DNA of 64,000 nt from Anthoceros angustus (taxonomy: Eukaryota > Plantae > Anthocerotophyta). Location of the stretch: NCBI GenBank assembly GCA_010909165.1, contig MU008197.1, positions 186,001 to 250,000 on the forward strand, read 5' to 3'. The notes beneath the pieces were generated by a model. That model saw nothing but the letters and a program-made list of their open reading frames with translations, did no database searches and was not told the origin of the DNA. Below are positions 12,350 to 25,600 of this stretch, piece by piece. A program made the position numbers and the translations under genes. Each line of letters starts with the position of its first letter. Position 1 is the first letter of the stretch.

Positions 12350-14380
12350 TACCTTGTGCCATTAAGTTTTCTTGAGGGCATCCAATGGCCACCAAACCCT
12401 AACGTGGCCTTCGCTCCATTGATTGACAACCCTACCGGCATGGGTATCGCCAATAATGACGCTGGGCAGCCATGGTTTGCGAACCATGCCGACAGCCGTT
12501 CCTCGTCTTGACTATGGACTTTGGGAACCGTGTATTCCTTAAGGAACCCGCGATCTGGAAACAATGAGAGCCACGATCCTCTTTCAAACAAGAAGAAGCA
12601 CGATGCGGCTCGAAGCGGGAAGAGGGATGGCGACCCACCACCTCCTGCCCAACAACCTCGCCAAGAATGTTTATCTTTGCGTGCAAGAGCCAAATTCACG
12701 CAAGAGTGCCATTCCATTGATCAAAAGGATGTCCCGCACACATCGCAAAATTGCGGCTAGCATCAAACCCTATCTCCCTACTGCGGCCTTCCTGCATGCT
12801 TGACCCCTATGCAAAACCAAAAACCCGATGCACTCTCGGCTGAGGATGACGGCCGCCTACTTCCCTCGTCCTCCATGCGCTTGATCATCTGTAGGAGAAC
12901 CTTAATTGTGCCCTCCATGGCCTCGGCGGCGTCAGCATTCATGACTCATCGCTCTCTGTCGGTTGGCGCGTCCCGCCTCCGGCGCGTCCGGGCATTGGGC
13001 GTCGGAGGCACCCGCCTTGCGCCGCGCTTCCCGCCGGACCGTGTCCGACCTCGTAGTCGCCTCCCCTTGTGCTCGCCCTCCGGAGTTGGGGTTGGGCGCA
13101 CTCCGCTCTCCATCTTCTTGAGCATGGCCTCCGCTCCGCCACCGTCGGTGACTTGCTCCCACCCCTCCTCCTCCTCCTCCTCCTCCCTCAGTGTGCCGCG
13201 GATCTGGCCTCCATGGCCGTGAGCTCGCCGGCCGCCTCCGCTCCTCCCTCGCCACCTCCGAGCCTCGCCTAATCTGCTGCTTCCGCTCCACGTCGAGATC
13301 GCCACCGATGGGCGGTTATTCCTCCCATACGCCTTCCTCAGCGGATGGCGCGCTCGACTCCCTGAGATCGCCGCCCGGCCGCTGGCGCGTGGCTCGCCGT
13401 CCGCTCCGGCCGCGCGCCCTCCACGCCTTCCGCATCCCGCCCTCCATCCGCCATCGCCGAGCCCTCGTCGGCCTCGGTCGGGCGGCGATCATCGCCCTCC
13501 CGCCACCGCCCAGGACCTCGGGGAGTCCGGCATGGCGGGCCAGTGTACGCTGCCGCCGCCATGCGGGCTCGGCCTCCGGCTCGGCGGCATCGAGCCCATC
13601 CCCATCCTCTCCACCCCTCGACCTCGGCCCGGCCCCGCGCCGCCCTGCGTCGGCGTCCTCACCCGCGGGTTGGCTTCCCTCTCGAAGGAGGCCATCTCCA
13701 TCGGCTCGATGTCCATCGGCGCTCGATGTCTACTCCCGCACCGCCCGGCCTCGCCCCGCTTGTGGGGGAGGCAACCTCACCTCCCAGGTCGGCTGGGCCT
13801 CGTGGCGTCGCCGTGGGGGAAGGTGCCCTCCCCACTCCCGTGATGCGCCGCCCCCACGGCGTTGGGAGATCACCGTCCTTCTCCCTTCCGCCTCCGCCTC
13901 CGCTCCTGCGCCGCCCGCTGCTGGCGCGCCCGTGGTATGGGGATAATGGTGCCATCGGACCCTCCTCCTCCTCCTTGTCGCCGCCCCCACGCATCTGCCG
14001 TGCATGCACAGGGGAGGGCTGCTGATCTCCCTCCCCTCTGATGCCCCGAGGTGGCGATGGCGTGCGGTGGGGATGGCAGATGCCTCCCCACCGCTGCTGC
14101 AGTGCAGCCCGCCCCTTGCCGAGTGGCGTCTGCGCCACGGAGGTAAGATGCCTCCCCGCTGATCACTGCTGCGGTGTGCCGGGATCTGCGTCGGTATGGG
14201 GTGCACTGCCCCTCCTCCTCCTGTTCGCCGCCCCACGGCGTCTTTGTCGGGATGGGGAGGAAGATCTTATCCCCGCCTCCGCCGGCTGAGCCGACCCGGA
14301 GGCCCATGGCAGCGGCCTTCCACTCCCGGCTCGTGCAGCTGCTGCGCCGCCCCCCTTCCCGCCCGGCAAGCGCGTGGGCA
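12350..14380 (-). pseudogene. GC-rich frameshifted orphan ORF(s) inside the transposon
   Basis: Protein-like fragments in shifting frames: LREEEEEEEGWEQVTDGGGAEAMLKKME, AEAMEGTIKVLLQMIKRME and EERLSAWFANHGCP. No family recognised. Confidence 0.35.
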
Positions 14381-14509
14381 CGGGGGCTTGGTGCCTCCAC
14401 CCCTTTGTGGACTCGGACTTCCCTTGAGGTTAGAAATAAGTAGGGTTTTGTTTTTGTAGGCGAAGGATAAAATAAGGCGGAAAAGGAATAAGCACGGATA
14501 GCACTCGGC

Positions 14510-17500
14510 CTCGGAGTATACTCGGACTCGGAGTGAGAGCATACCCGGACCTACTATGGTAGGGGAGTAGCAGGATAAGTCCGGACCCACTCCAGTCAAG
14601 CGGGATAAATGCATGATAACTTAGAAGTTGAGCCGTGAGGGCGGACTAGGCGGCGCCACGTGGCGGCCACAGTGGAGGGCGGGCATCGGTGGCAGGCCGT
14701 AACCTTGCGAGGCCGTTATAGCGGTATTCACGCCCGGGCGGCCAGTCTGGCGGCGTAAGGCGAGTAAGCGGGCGTAAGGTCGAGAATAAGCCATGCGAGA
14801 CCTCTCAGCGATTCTGAGACGAGGGCGCCTTCCAGCCCGATTACTCCGGCGTGGCGAAGGAAGTCATTCATTGCTGCGACCTCGAGACAATTCGCGATCT
14901 CTTGCGCTCCATGATCCGGCTCTCTGGCGCTATCTCGTTGGGCCTCGGATCTTGGTCACGTTGAGGTTGGGCGTGACCGGCGGCGCAGCGTGCCGTGTCT
15001 CGGCCAGCGGCTACGGCAAAAGGAGGCGATGGCACCCAAAAACTGCGGAAGTTTGGGAGCCATGGAACCTCGTGGGCGCAACATTGTGACTCGGCGCTAT
15101 CGGACTTTGGGCCACAGGCTGGAGGCGGAGGGTGGCGGGGTGGCACTTGGATGCGTTCGGATAGTGCGGGCGTTGACAGTGTCACTCTGGTCAGGGTTCG
15201 CCGGAAAATCTTGGCGGTCAATAAGGAGGTGCGGTCAAGAACCTCGGGAGGACCAGGCGATGGACCTTGGAGGTCTGAGGCGGCCTACAACCGCCCAAAG
15301 GAGGAAGAAGGGGTGGTGCGGGCCCCTCAAGGCGAAGGGAAGATAGGGCAGCAATGGCGATCTTTGAGGCACAGGACGCGGAGGACCCTGTGGATGGGCG
15401 ATATCCGACTGTTGGACGGTCGAGTAAGGCGGTAGCCGGATCATTATCCATTGGAACCTCACCAAGGTGGATCACCTTGGTGATAACTGTTAGTATTCAC
15501 GCATGCGCTGCGGTGGAAGAAGGCGGGGAGGAAGGATTATCTTCGCCGGTTTAGTCGAGGCCAGCTCGGGCGAAGCCCTCGCCATCAGGCATCCCCATGC
15601 AGATCCATGTATGGGGGCATTTGACTCCTCAAGGAGGAGGCTTGGCGCTCGGAAAGAGGCGAGGAGGAGGAGGCGAAGGCGCTGAGGAGGAGGCCGTCGA
15701 AGCCAAGCGGACCGGGAGGAGGCGGTGGAGGATTCCGGACTCCATCGTGCAGAGCGGACCCCTCACCACCCAGTATGGGAAGAAATTCGCTTCCCTCCTC
15801 ACAGTGCCCAGCCGGGCGGCCGATCGGCGAGCGGCCCCGACCCCAGCCCGCCACGGCCACAACCCGGCGCGGGCCCCGGACCGAGGAGGCGGAGGCGAAG
15901 GCGCCCCGGCTACCAGCGCGGCACCTCAGGCGGTGCAGTACCCTTACCCTTGCAGGGTAACAAGCGGAGGCGGTAAGGAGGCGGAAGGGCAAAAGGGCCA
16001 AGGAGGCGAGAGGACAGCGGCGGCCCGCACAGCAGTCTGTCGCCCGGCGGAAGGGCAAAAGGGCTCCGGACTCCCTCACCTCCTCAAGGCCCAGGAGAAA
16101 AAGGCGGAGAAGGAGCTCGCGGCCAAAAGGGCCAAGGAGGGTGAAGCTCGGCTCGGCCTCGGGACCTAAGGGTCTGATTAGGTCAGAACCAGTCCGGACT
16201 TACTCCGGGCAGTATGGAGGTCCTTGGCGGACCGTGAAATCGGCTCCCGCTCACGGACTTTGTGGGAGCCTCACGGTGGCCGTGGAAGAAACACGGTCTG
16301 GCTACCGTCATGGACGGTATGCTTTGGGGTCTCGGGATGGCCGAGACCCGGAGGTAGAAGCCACCGGGCGCATGGTACTCCTCCGGGAGGCGGTTGGAGG
16401 GGGGAGGCGAAGGAAGGCGAAGCTCTCGGCGGATTGAGAAGGAAGGCCAAGCTCGGCCGATTGAGGAAGGGAAACGGAGGCCGAGAGGGAGGTCCGTCCA
16501 TCCGCAAGGACCGGACTAAATTCCTTCAGTGGAGGAGGCGGTGAGCGAGGCTAAGGAGGCCCAAGCGGCCGAGGACCTCTGCTGCGGAGGGAGGCGGAGG
16601 CGGAAGCGGAGGCGCAGGACTGGCGGAGGCGGCGACTAGACGAGCCAAGGCTGGAGGCTCGGTGAAGGTGGCCAGGAGGCGGAAGCCACAGGCCGTCGCG
16701 ATCACTATCGGCGTGATCGGGCCGGTGGAGGAGGCGGTGGTAGCAGCCAATCGAAGGCGGCGGGGAGGCGGTGGCGTGAGCAGGCGGAGGCGGCGGAGGC
16801 TGGAGGCCGGCACGAAATCGGGGACCTCGGTAGCAGTGCGGGGAGAGTAGAAGGAGGCGGCGGGGAGGCGGAGGCAGCAAGGACACCTTGGAGTTACAAC
16901 TCAAGGCAGCGTCGGAGCGGGGGGTTCTCAACGAGAATCCAAGACTTGGAGATAGGCGCCTCGGCTCTGCACGAAGATGGGCGGGAGGTGGCGGAGCAGC
17001 GGACCAGGGCCCAAGTTCGCGACAAGGAGATGGAGGATCTCGGACTCGGCTCCGGGAGGTGGAGCAGCGGCGGAGAGATGGAAGACCGCAAGGAGACTTT
17101 GGGCTGGACTTCAAACTACCATTGAGAGGAATGGTAGTGCGGGACATGGTCGCGGCAGCCGAAATCGGCTCGGCTCGGTTGGCGGGCCAGTCGATGCAGC
17201 GATGGAGCAGGCGGGGCGTCGCCGAGATGGAGAAGGGCTGGCGAAGCCCGCGATGCAGCAGTTGCCCGGCCGTCGGAGAGGAGATGGCGGAGTTGCGAGA
17301 ATGGACAAAGAGGCGGGGCGGACAAGAAGGCTGGTCCGGTGAGGAAGGCGGAAGGAGCAGCTATGGTGCAGGTGGCGTGAGCAGGCGGAGGAGTTGGGCG
17401 GGTGGAGCAACGGCGGCTGCGGGAGGTAGAAGGGAGGCGGCCCTGCGACCTCGCGCGACGGCTCCGGCTATCAAACTGGCGGGAGGTGGACCAACAAGCG

Positions 17501-18755
17501 GGCGCAGCTCGGCTCCGGAGCACCTATGGCGAAGGAGTATCGGGTGCTCGGGCACACGTGGAAGAGCAATCCAACAAGTGGATTCGGACTTTGCCTATTA
17601 CCACCGAGCCCAACCCGGCTCGGCTCCGGGAGGCGGAGGCGGAGAAGGAGGAGGCGGAGGCGGAGAAGGAGGAGCCAACCCAAGACAAGGGCCTGGGTAG
17701 GAGGAGGACCTAGCGATCTGAGGTCCCAGTGAGGGGTCGAGCTTGGGGACGGACCCGGTAATAAGTTCGGACCACGAGGTCGAACCCGGAAAACGGACCA
17801 GCGGCCGGACTCGGCTCCGGACCCACAGGTTGAGACTCGGGTCGAGACGGACCTCGGTCGGGACTTGGCGATGAGGCCCCGACTTCGCTGGGGAGCGATG
17901 GCGGTGGCCCCAGGAGAGGACCCAGGGGAGGCGAGGATGACGCGTAACGGCGGCCGCCGACCACGAGCCCAACCCGGCTGTGATTCCGGGAGAGGAGGGT
18001 CCGCCTCGCGGATCATCCGATTAGTGCGCCCATAGCTGTCGGGACGGAGATTGGACCACCAATCCCAAGGCGGAACTCGGACCTTCCCACCCCACCGGCA
18101 AGGAGATAGGGGAGGAATAGGATGGTAGGCGGCCGATTAGGGCATCTTGGTGACCATCGGCTCGGAATAGGTGTAATAAAGGCGCCCGACTTGGGCGTAG
18201 TATAAGAAGAGGCTGCCTGAATAAATCATCTTTCTCTTGGTGTTGATGCGTTCTTGCAGACCTTTGTGTCTTCTTGCTAACGTGAGTCTGAGTCATGGCG
18301 AGCCGGCTCGGAGGATTGATCGGTCTGGTAGCGGACCTAACGTGTTGTGGTGTGTGCGGGGAAGGGTGACTGGGGACCCGTGCTCGTCGAGCGACCCGGC
18401 CGAACGGACCGGAGCGTGTGGCCGGAGGGACTCGGGAGGCGTCTGAGCCGGACGGAGGCCGGTGAGCAGCGGAGGAGGTCGGGGTAACCAGCGTCTTTCC
18501 TTAAGGCGATAAGTGTAGTGTGAGTGGAGAGGAGCGGATGAGGTGTGAGTGTGAGCGTGAGCGAAGCAGGGTGACAGGTCCTTAAGCGTTTGGCCATAAG
18601 ACTGTGCGGTGTTTGTCGCGAGTAGTTAGACGTGAACTAAGGGTGTGTGCGTTGGGTGACAGACGCCAAGTAAGGCGAGAATCGCTGAAGCAGCGCAAGC
18701 AGCTTGTCATTCCCTTGAGAACGAACTCCTTCCTACAACGACACGGATTGTGCGC
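14510..18755 (+). mobile_element. Unclassified ~4.2-kb interspersed repeat (copy A) with a frameshifted ~2.9-kb orphan ORF (ATG 14793), nested in the transposon
   Basis: Collinear similarity to 51908-59815 on the minus strand. Shared segments include gagaataagccATGCGA, AEVWEPW.LV.RNIVT.RY.DFGP, AIQQVDSDFAYYH and the terminus acaacgacacggattgtgcg. Confidence 0.75.
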
Positions 18756-18782
18756 CCGGGGCCGTCCGGCCAAAGTCGCGCC

Positions 18783-19130
18783 ACCGCCTCCTCCTCTGCT
18801 GCAGCGCCTCCCCGCCCGCTGCCGTCTGATGGGGGGATGGCAGTGCCCTCCACCCGCCTCCCCGCCTCCTCTGCTGCAGCGCCTCCCCGCCCGCCATCCA
18901 TGGCACACCCCGCCTCCTCTGCTGCAGCGCCTCCCCGCCTCCTCTGCTGCGCCTCCCCGCCCGCCATCCATGGCACACCCGCCTCCCTCGGCGGTGCGCC
19001 GCGCTTTCCTTCGCATCCTCCATCTAAGCGGGCGGCACTCCCTCCACCGTTCTGCAGCCGCCACCGCCCGCCAAAGGGAGGTGGCGCTGTATCCTATGCC
19101 TCCTCCTCTGCTGCAGCGCCTCCCCGCCAC
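18783..19130 (+). repeat. GC-rich minisatellite (core ccgcctcctctgctgcagcgcctccccgcc)
   Basis: Core repeated about 5 times; translates as recurring PPPLLQRLPA. Confidence 0.8.
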
Positions 19131-20799
19131 CCCGCCTCCCCGCCGCCCGCCGCCGCAGCGCCGATGCCCTCGCCGCCATGGCGCTCCTCCTCTCCGCGCG
19201 CCGCCGCCATGGCGCTCCTCCTCTCCGCCATGGCGCTCCTCCGCCGCTGCCGCCATCGCTGGGCCACTGCACGGGAGAGTGTCCTCCACCTTCCTCCGGC
19301 CGCGTCGCCTCGCCTCGCCTCCCCGCCACCCCGCCATGCTCTTCTCCTCAGCGGTCTCCTTCGATGAGCCTGACCTTACTCCCTCCACCCCGCCTTCCCC
19401 GCCTTTGTACGCCCCAAATTTCCAATTGCCCTGCACTTGTGGTTGGCGGGAGGTGTCTACGGTGGCCGCACGCTTCGACTCCGCATGTCCTCCTGTGTTG
19501 GGATTCATATCGCTGAATCCGCTCGCCATACTGCCTGGCCCCAGCTGGCCGCCCAATTTACGCCCCCGCAAAAGTTATCTGCATGCATTGGCTGGAATGG
19601 GCAGTTGCAGTTCTCGTGCGCATGCCTGCCACACTGATTGTCATGGACACCAATTGTCCAGCACCCCAGTTCGACCGCAGAACCACTTTGGCAACCATGA
19701 CACGGGCGTCCCGGCCCCTTTGTCAACCGTTTTCGCCTACCTTTTGTTTGTAGACGTAACCGCCAACTCCTTTCCTCTTCCCACGACATTTGCAGATGAC
19801 CGTGAACTGGACCGCCATGACTCTGCACTCTTAGAAATCACTATTCGGTTTCTCACACCAATTATAGCTATAAACTTTGTCCGGGTCACCCGTCTCGGTC
19901 CACGCAAACACAGGCGCAGGCTGCCACCGCCACTACTACTACCAATGCCACAATTGTGATGGCACCGCTATAATCAGGATCATAGTGTAAAAAGCGACAG
20001 AAAACGTAGCTCAGAGACCCCATCCTCATCCGTCGCACCTCTCATACCGAGTGCCAACGATCGCCCGCCATCCATGGCACACCCGCCTCCACGACCGCCT
20101 TCCCCGCCTCCGACGGCCATCCCGCTGGGCCACCACCCCGCCCCTCTCCCGATTGCTTCCTTTGTCCCACGGAGCTTCACCTCCTTCGATCACCAAGACT
20201 GGACGACAACCGCCCCTCGCCATTCTTCGCTCGCTGTGTGTTGTGATCGCAGCCGCACTGTATGTTTTACCCTCGATTCCGCACCACCTCTTCCGCGTTT
20301 CCACTAGCCACTCGCGATGCAAACTCCTCCGCTTCCATTCCAAGGAGGTGCGCACGGAAAAGGCGCTGCCCACCGCCGCCCATCGCCATCGCCGAGGAGC
20401 ACGCGCACTGCACTCCTTCCTCTCCATCCATCACACTTCTAAGTTGTTCATCGCGTTCGCACCCTACACCCCGGTACAAGAAATCGGAGGTGTCCATCGC
20501 ACGCAATATCACCTCCACCAATCGCCTTACAACACCGGGTTGGCGGCTGCCACAACCGTTCTATGCGATCGTCCGCCGCTTCCAGCTCGCCCGCCATTCT
20601 TCGGCCGCCTCGCCGCTTCTGGCCTCAGTGCTCCAGCCGCAAGTTCGGATCGGCTTCCCAACGCTTCACCGCCGTTGTGGATCGCCGACGGGACAGTTTG
20701 CCGCGTTCGCCCTTGGACTCCACAACCTTGAGAACAAGTGCGTCATGCAGGACAACGACAGCATGCATCATGCAAAACGTCATCCGCCATGTGGCCAAG

Positions 20800-22120
20800 C
20801 CGCCACGATGCGGAGGGAAAAATCATACCAACTTCGCAAGCACCATGTTTGTTTTCCACGTTATTCCTACATATATAGCCATGTATGATATAACTAGTTT
20901 CAAAGACCAGGTCATGAACAATGACTTGTACCATAGGCCAAGGACCCTTTTCAATGATGCATGTAGAGACAATTCCATTGGCCAAGCATACACATAGGCC
21001 AAGCATACAGACCGGGAAAAAACATAAGGCAAATTTCCGACGCATCCTGGGAAAAAATCATTCCCCATGGGCCAAAGAACTTTTTGGAGGATGCATTGAA
21101 AAAATTGCCACAGGCGAAGATTACAAGGGGACAAAACCAAAACAAAACTTCGCCCATGTCATGCAGGTTTACGTTGTTATTCCCAATATATAGACATACA
21201 TGATATACCTCGCTCAACGACGAATACATTCATAGTCACATGTGCCAAAGGCCAAGGAGCCTTTTCCCACATGTCGGGAAAGATGCACGAAGCATACAAA
21301 AGGTAACATATGGAAAGGAACTTTCAATGCACTGAAAGCCTTCGCCATAGGCCAAGGAACTCATCTGTGATGCATGGAAAAAGCGATGCGCAAGCACAAA
21401 AGGCAAAACCCACAACACAACTTCTATCCTATCATGCACGTTAACGGTGTTATTCTTGCATATATAGACATACATAATATACCTTAGTTCTAAGATGAAG
21501 ACATTACCATTCACTTCTACCAAAGGCCAAGGACCATTTTCTTCAGAAAAAACCCAGAAAATCAAGGGCAAAAACAATATGCGCTGTGCATGCATCATGG
21601 ACAAAGTTCATTCCCCATGCCCCAAGGAACTTTGTTCATGATGCATGGAAACTTGCCATCGACGAAGGATAGAAGAAGGCAAAACTAGAGCACAACTTCT
21701 CACATATCATGCGGTATACGGTGTTTTCCATATATAGAAAACATAATATACCTCTTTTCCAAGACGAAGACATTATCATCACTTGTACCAAAGTGCAAGG
21801 ACCCTTTTCATTGATGCATATAAAGGAAAACCCTTTCGCGATACATAGAAAAGGGAAACAAAAATAAGAAGCTTTTCCATTGCTACGCACAAAGATCCTT
21901 AGGCATATGCCAAGGAACTTTATCGACGATGCATGGAAAATTTGCTTTCGCAAGGGATAGAGGAAGAAAAACGAGCACATCTTGCAAGAAAGATGCTTAG
22001 TTTTCAACTTTCTCCTACATATATATCCATATATTATATACCAACCTTTCAAGGATGCTAGCATGTCCTCAATCCTACTATAGGCCAAAGTCCAAGGAAC
22101 AAGACATATGTAATATTTAT
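20800..22120 (+). repeat. Degenerate AT-rich tandem array, unit ~270-310 bp, ~4.5 copies
   Basis: Recurring ..ggccaaggaccctttt.. at about 20935, 21250, 21525, 21795 and 22090, with recurring catatatag and gatgcatggaaa segments. Confidence 0.75.
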
Positions 22121-22699
22121 GTCTATATATGCGGATTACATGCATATGTGCACATGCTCTAACACGCCAACGCCCCTTCGCTAAACCCTAAAGATGTTTT
22201 ACCTTTACATCTACATGCCATCCAACTATTGACACACACACATATGGGAAGAGCAAGCCTACACTGTATATGTAGCACTAACTTCCTTGGCCTTTGGTGG
22301 TTGAAACAACATGCATGATGTTTCGTTTGTGACAAATCCCAAATGCCAAGGATGACATGTCTTTTGTAGTATATGCCTCACTACCTTTTCTTGGCCTTTG
22401 CCATGGAAACACCATGCATGATGTTTCCTCCTTTCAAATATCCCAAAGGCCAAGGTTGTCATGTCTTCTGTAGTATATGTACCACTACCTTCCTTGGCCT
22501 TTGAAAATTGGAACATTATGCATTATGTTCCAACCTTTTTTGGGCCTTATAGTTTGGCCCAAAAACTGTCCATACTAGACATGTGTGAACAAAAAAACAT
22601 CATACTCAAAATCCATCTGTTATTCCGCCATCCATTCAAGTTCTCAAATGCCAGGGACAAATTCACTATATATGCTTGGGTTCGGGGCTGTAAACTGTA

Positions 22700-25600
22700 T
22701 GGAGGAAGTGATTTGACATAAACCGCAAATTGCTACGACGAGAACACGGCCGTCCTTGGTCATGTCGGAATCCCCCCTTCCTGTGAGCAGACCGATGTTT
22801 TGTAGACGAGGCTGCGCGAACCGCCTGTTCACGACCGCCACCGGTGCACGGAGCATGGCCCCTGTTTGCTGAAGATGCGACCCGCGTCTTCCCCAAGCGT
22901 CGCGCGGGCCGCATTCTTGTCCACGGCCTCCTGTCCCGGTCCCTCTGCACCAGAATACTTCAAACATAAACAACGCGTCTTCTAGAAGGGCGCGTTTAAA
23001 GCAACATGTCCTCATCTCCACCATCCGCCTTAAACAATGCGGCCATCCGACGAGGTGCATGCCGGAGACGGCGGACGACGCGCCATCTCCGCTCTTCCGA
23101 TGTAATGAATGTCGTGTTTCCGTCTGAAAGGCGGGCATTTGTTAATCCTAAGCGGGGTTTGAGGCGTTTGGGGCACGACTCCACGAAATAATGAACCTCC
23201 GCTCTTGTCATGCGAAAGATCGTGAAGACGGGAGAGCGGCGTGATCTTCAGATCGCCGGGCGGCTGGTTCGCCATCGCGAACTTCGCCCGCCATCTCCCA
23301 CCCTTGACCGGAAATCGGAGCCGGAGGCCGTGACCAAGGCACACCATCTTTTTGGTGGACTCGCACCAATCCAAGTGAAAACATGGCGAGCGAGGAGAGG
23401 CCGAGCGCCGCCGCCGGCCGAATGTCCGGCACGATGGCGGTGGCGACATTCTCGGAGATTGGGTGAACTCCGACGAGGATGCAAATGTCTTCCACCAAAT
23501 CCCCACGCCAAGGTCGGCCTCATCGCGTTTCCAAGCCTCCCGCACGCTAGAATTCACGGCGCGAGGCAATCCGCAAGGCCCCTCCGGTGTGTGACACCGC
23601 CGCCATCGCGGCGGACCCTTGGCCGGCGTGCATTGCGATCGGCGCGCGATGCAGGCGCGGCGGCCGGGCGGTACCTTCCGGACAAGGAGGTGGGGTGCAC
23701 GTTCCCTCCACGGCGGAACCGCAACGCGCGGGTAATGGGAAACATCCCCTCACACAACGCCGCAATCACCCGATTATGGTTCCCGGGAGACGGCAGAGAG
23801 GCGGGCGCCGGCGCGCAGGGGCCGGTGCACATGAAGAAGCTCTCTATTACGGTTCCGAATCGCATTACGAGGCCATCCACTTAGGACCGAGGCGATGGGG
23901 GAGGCGGTTTGTCGAGGATTGCTGCAGCCTGATGGTGGAGTTGCACGCACGGCCGCCATGCCCGTGGGAGGCGAGGACGTTCTCGAGTTTGAACCGGGAC
24001 TGGCGCTGCACTGTGGACCGGTGGCGCCTCTTCCGCCTTCCCGCAGCAATTTGGGCCTGGTTGCTTCATCGAGCAACCGGAAAGTGCAGCCGCCGATCGC
24101 AGCCTCACAGATGACCCGCTCCCCGTTTCGCCGAGCACCGCATCACGAGCGCTAACGTTTTGCAAGGTGCGCTTTTGTATGTCCGGGATCCCGATCCCGA
24201 TGACGCCTGCTCATGGTCCGCAACTACCGAGAAAAGGGGTCTTGGAAGAGGAGGAAGGAGCGCGGGCGGAAGCGGATTTCGACGGAGATGACGCGGCACA
24301 CCGGTGGTGGACGGACAGACTCGATCTCGGTCGGACGAGATCCGACTTGACCAAGTGGTTTGTGGCGCATCGACCGCACACAGCAATCGCAGTGGGGCCT
24401 TCGTAGTCATTGACGATTCGCGAGATGAAAGGACAGCGGCGCCCTCCGGCCGCTGCTGCGGGACGATCGTCATGGAGCATCCAAAGGCGGTGAACGCATC
24501 GCAGCCATCCGCCATCGGCGTCGATTCTTGAAACATACGGGCGTTGCGGCATGGCGCCTGCTTCCGCCCCGAGGCTGCGAAGAAAGCTGCCAGCCATCTC
24601 CCGTGCGCGAAACGGAATGCGCGAGCGCGTGAGGCCAAAATGTTTTTCGACATCCTGCGCGAGGCGCGCGAGAGGGAGTGCAGGATGGGGGGAATCCGGA
24701 CCACGCTGCGGTGTTGACCGAAGTGCACTCGATTATGGAGAAGGCGACAGGGACATCGGATAGACACGGAGGGTTGCCGCGCACCGGTCGGCGTCCCCGG
24801 GTTGGAGCTTTACGATGGGGATGAGAAGGCTTCATCGACGTGACCCGCGCAGGCTCGCTGGAAGACGAGACCCGGCCCTCGATCTCGGGGCCATAGAGCC
24901 CGAGGACTTGCGGAGACATGGGCCACAACCAACCTCCGCCACTGCTGATGAGGAGGAGTTGCCGCGCTGCACGGCTCACCGAGAATGGAAGAGAGCGCCC
25001 GCCCGGGCGGCGGAGCGTACAGCCAGTGAGGGAGACGCCGGGCGCTTTACCGGAAGTGGCGCAAGAGGCCCACGATGCCGCCAACTCCGCTATGCGCGTT
25101 CGCCTCACAAATACCACTGGAGCCCATCCACGAGCAGACGCATCGCTGTAAGAGGCGGATTGTCTTGAAGGTAGGACCTCCTGCGCCTCTTGCCATTCAA
25201 GAATTGAAGTGCCCAAGATACGCCGCCATGGCCACTTTCCGATGCTTATGCGGGTGGCGTAGAGGTCAGCGAATGCGGGCCTGTCGACCTCTTCAAGCAA
25301 CATTGTGATGGGAAGTCTGTTCTACGGTTCCATGTCCAAGACGCAACCCGGCATGGGGGTAGTTGCAGGCGGAGACGGTTGATTTAGGGACTCGCCACGA
25401 CGGCGAGGCATGGCGGCACTCGCGTAATCCCATGTTCATGAACTGCGTGTTTGAGGCGAGGACAACCCGGGGCTCGGGACACCGCACCACATCAAAGGGA
25501 AGTCCATCTCGGATGAGCGATTGTGTGGTGAGTCGCGTGTGTGTGGAGTGTTCATCATAGCCGCAGCCTTTCATTCTAACACGCAGCCTCGACTCACGGC

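Noticed and set aside
18582-19959. Long ORFs (329 and 451 aa)
   Set aside because: They arise from stop-poor GC minisatellite sequence with Pro/Arg or Gly/Arg low complexity. The same applies to ORFs at 28639-29762 and 32242-33219.
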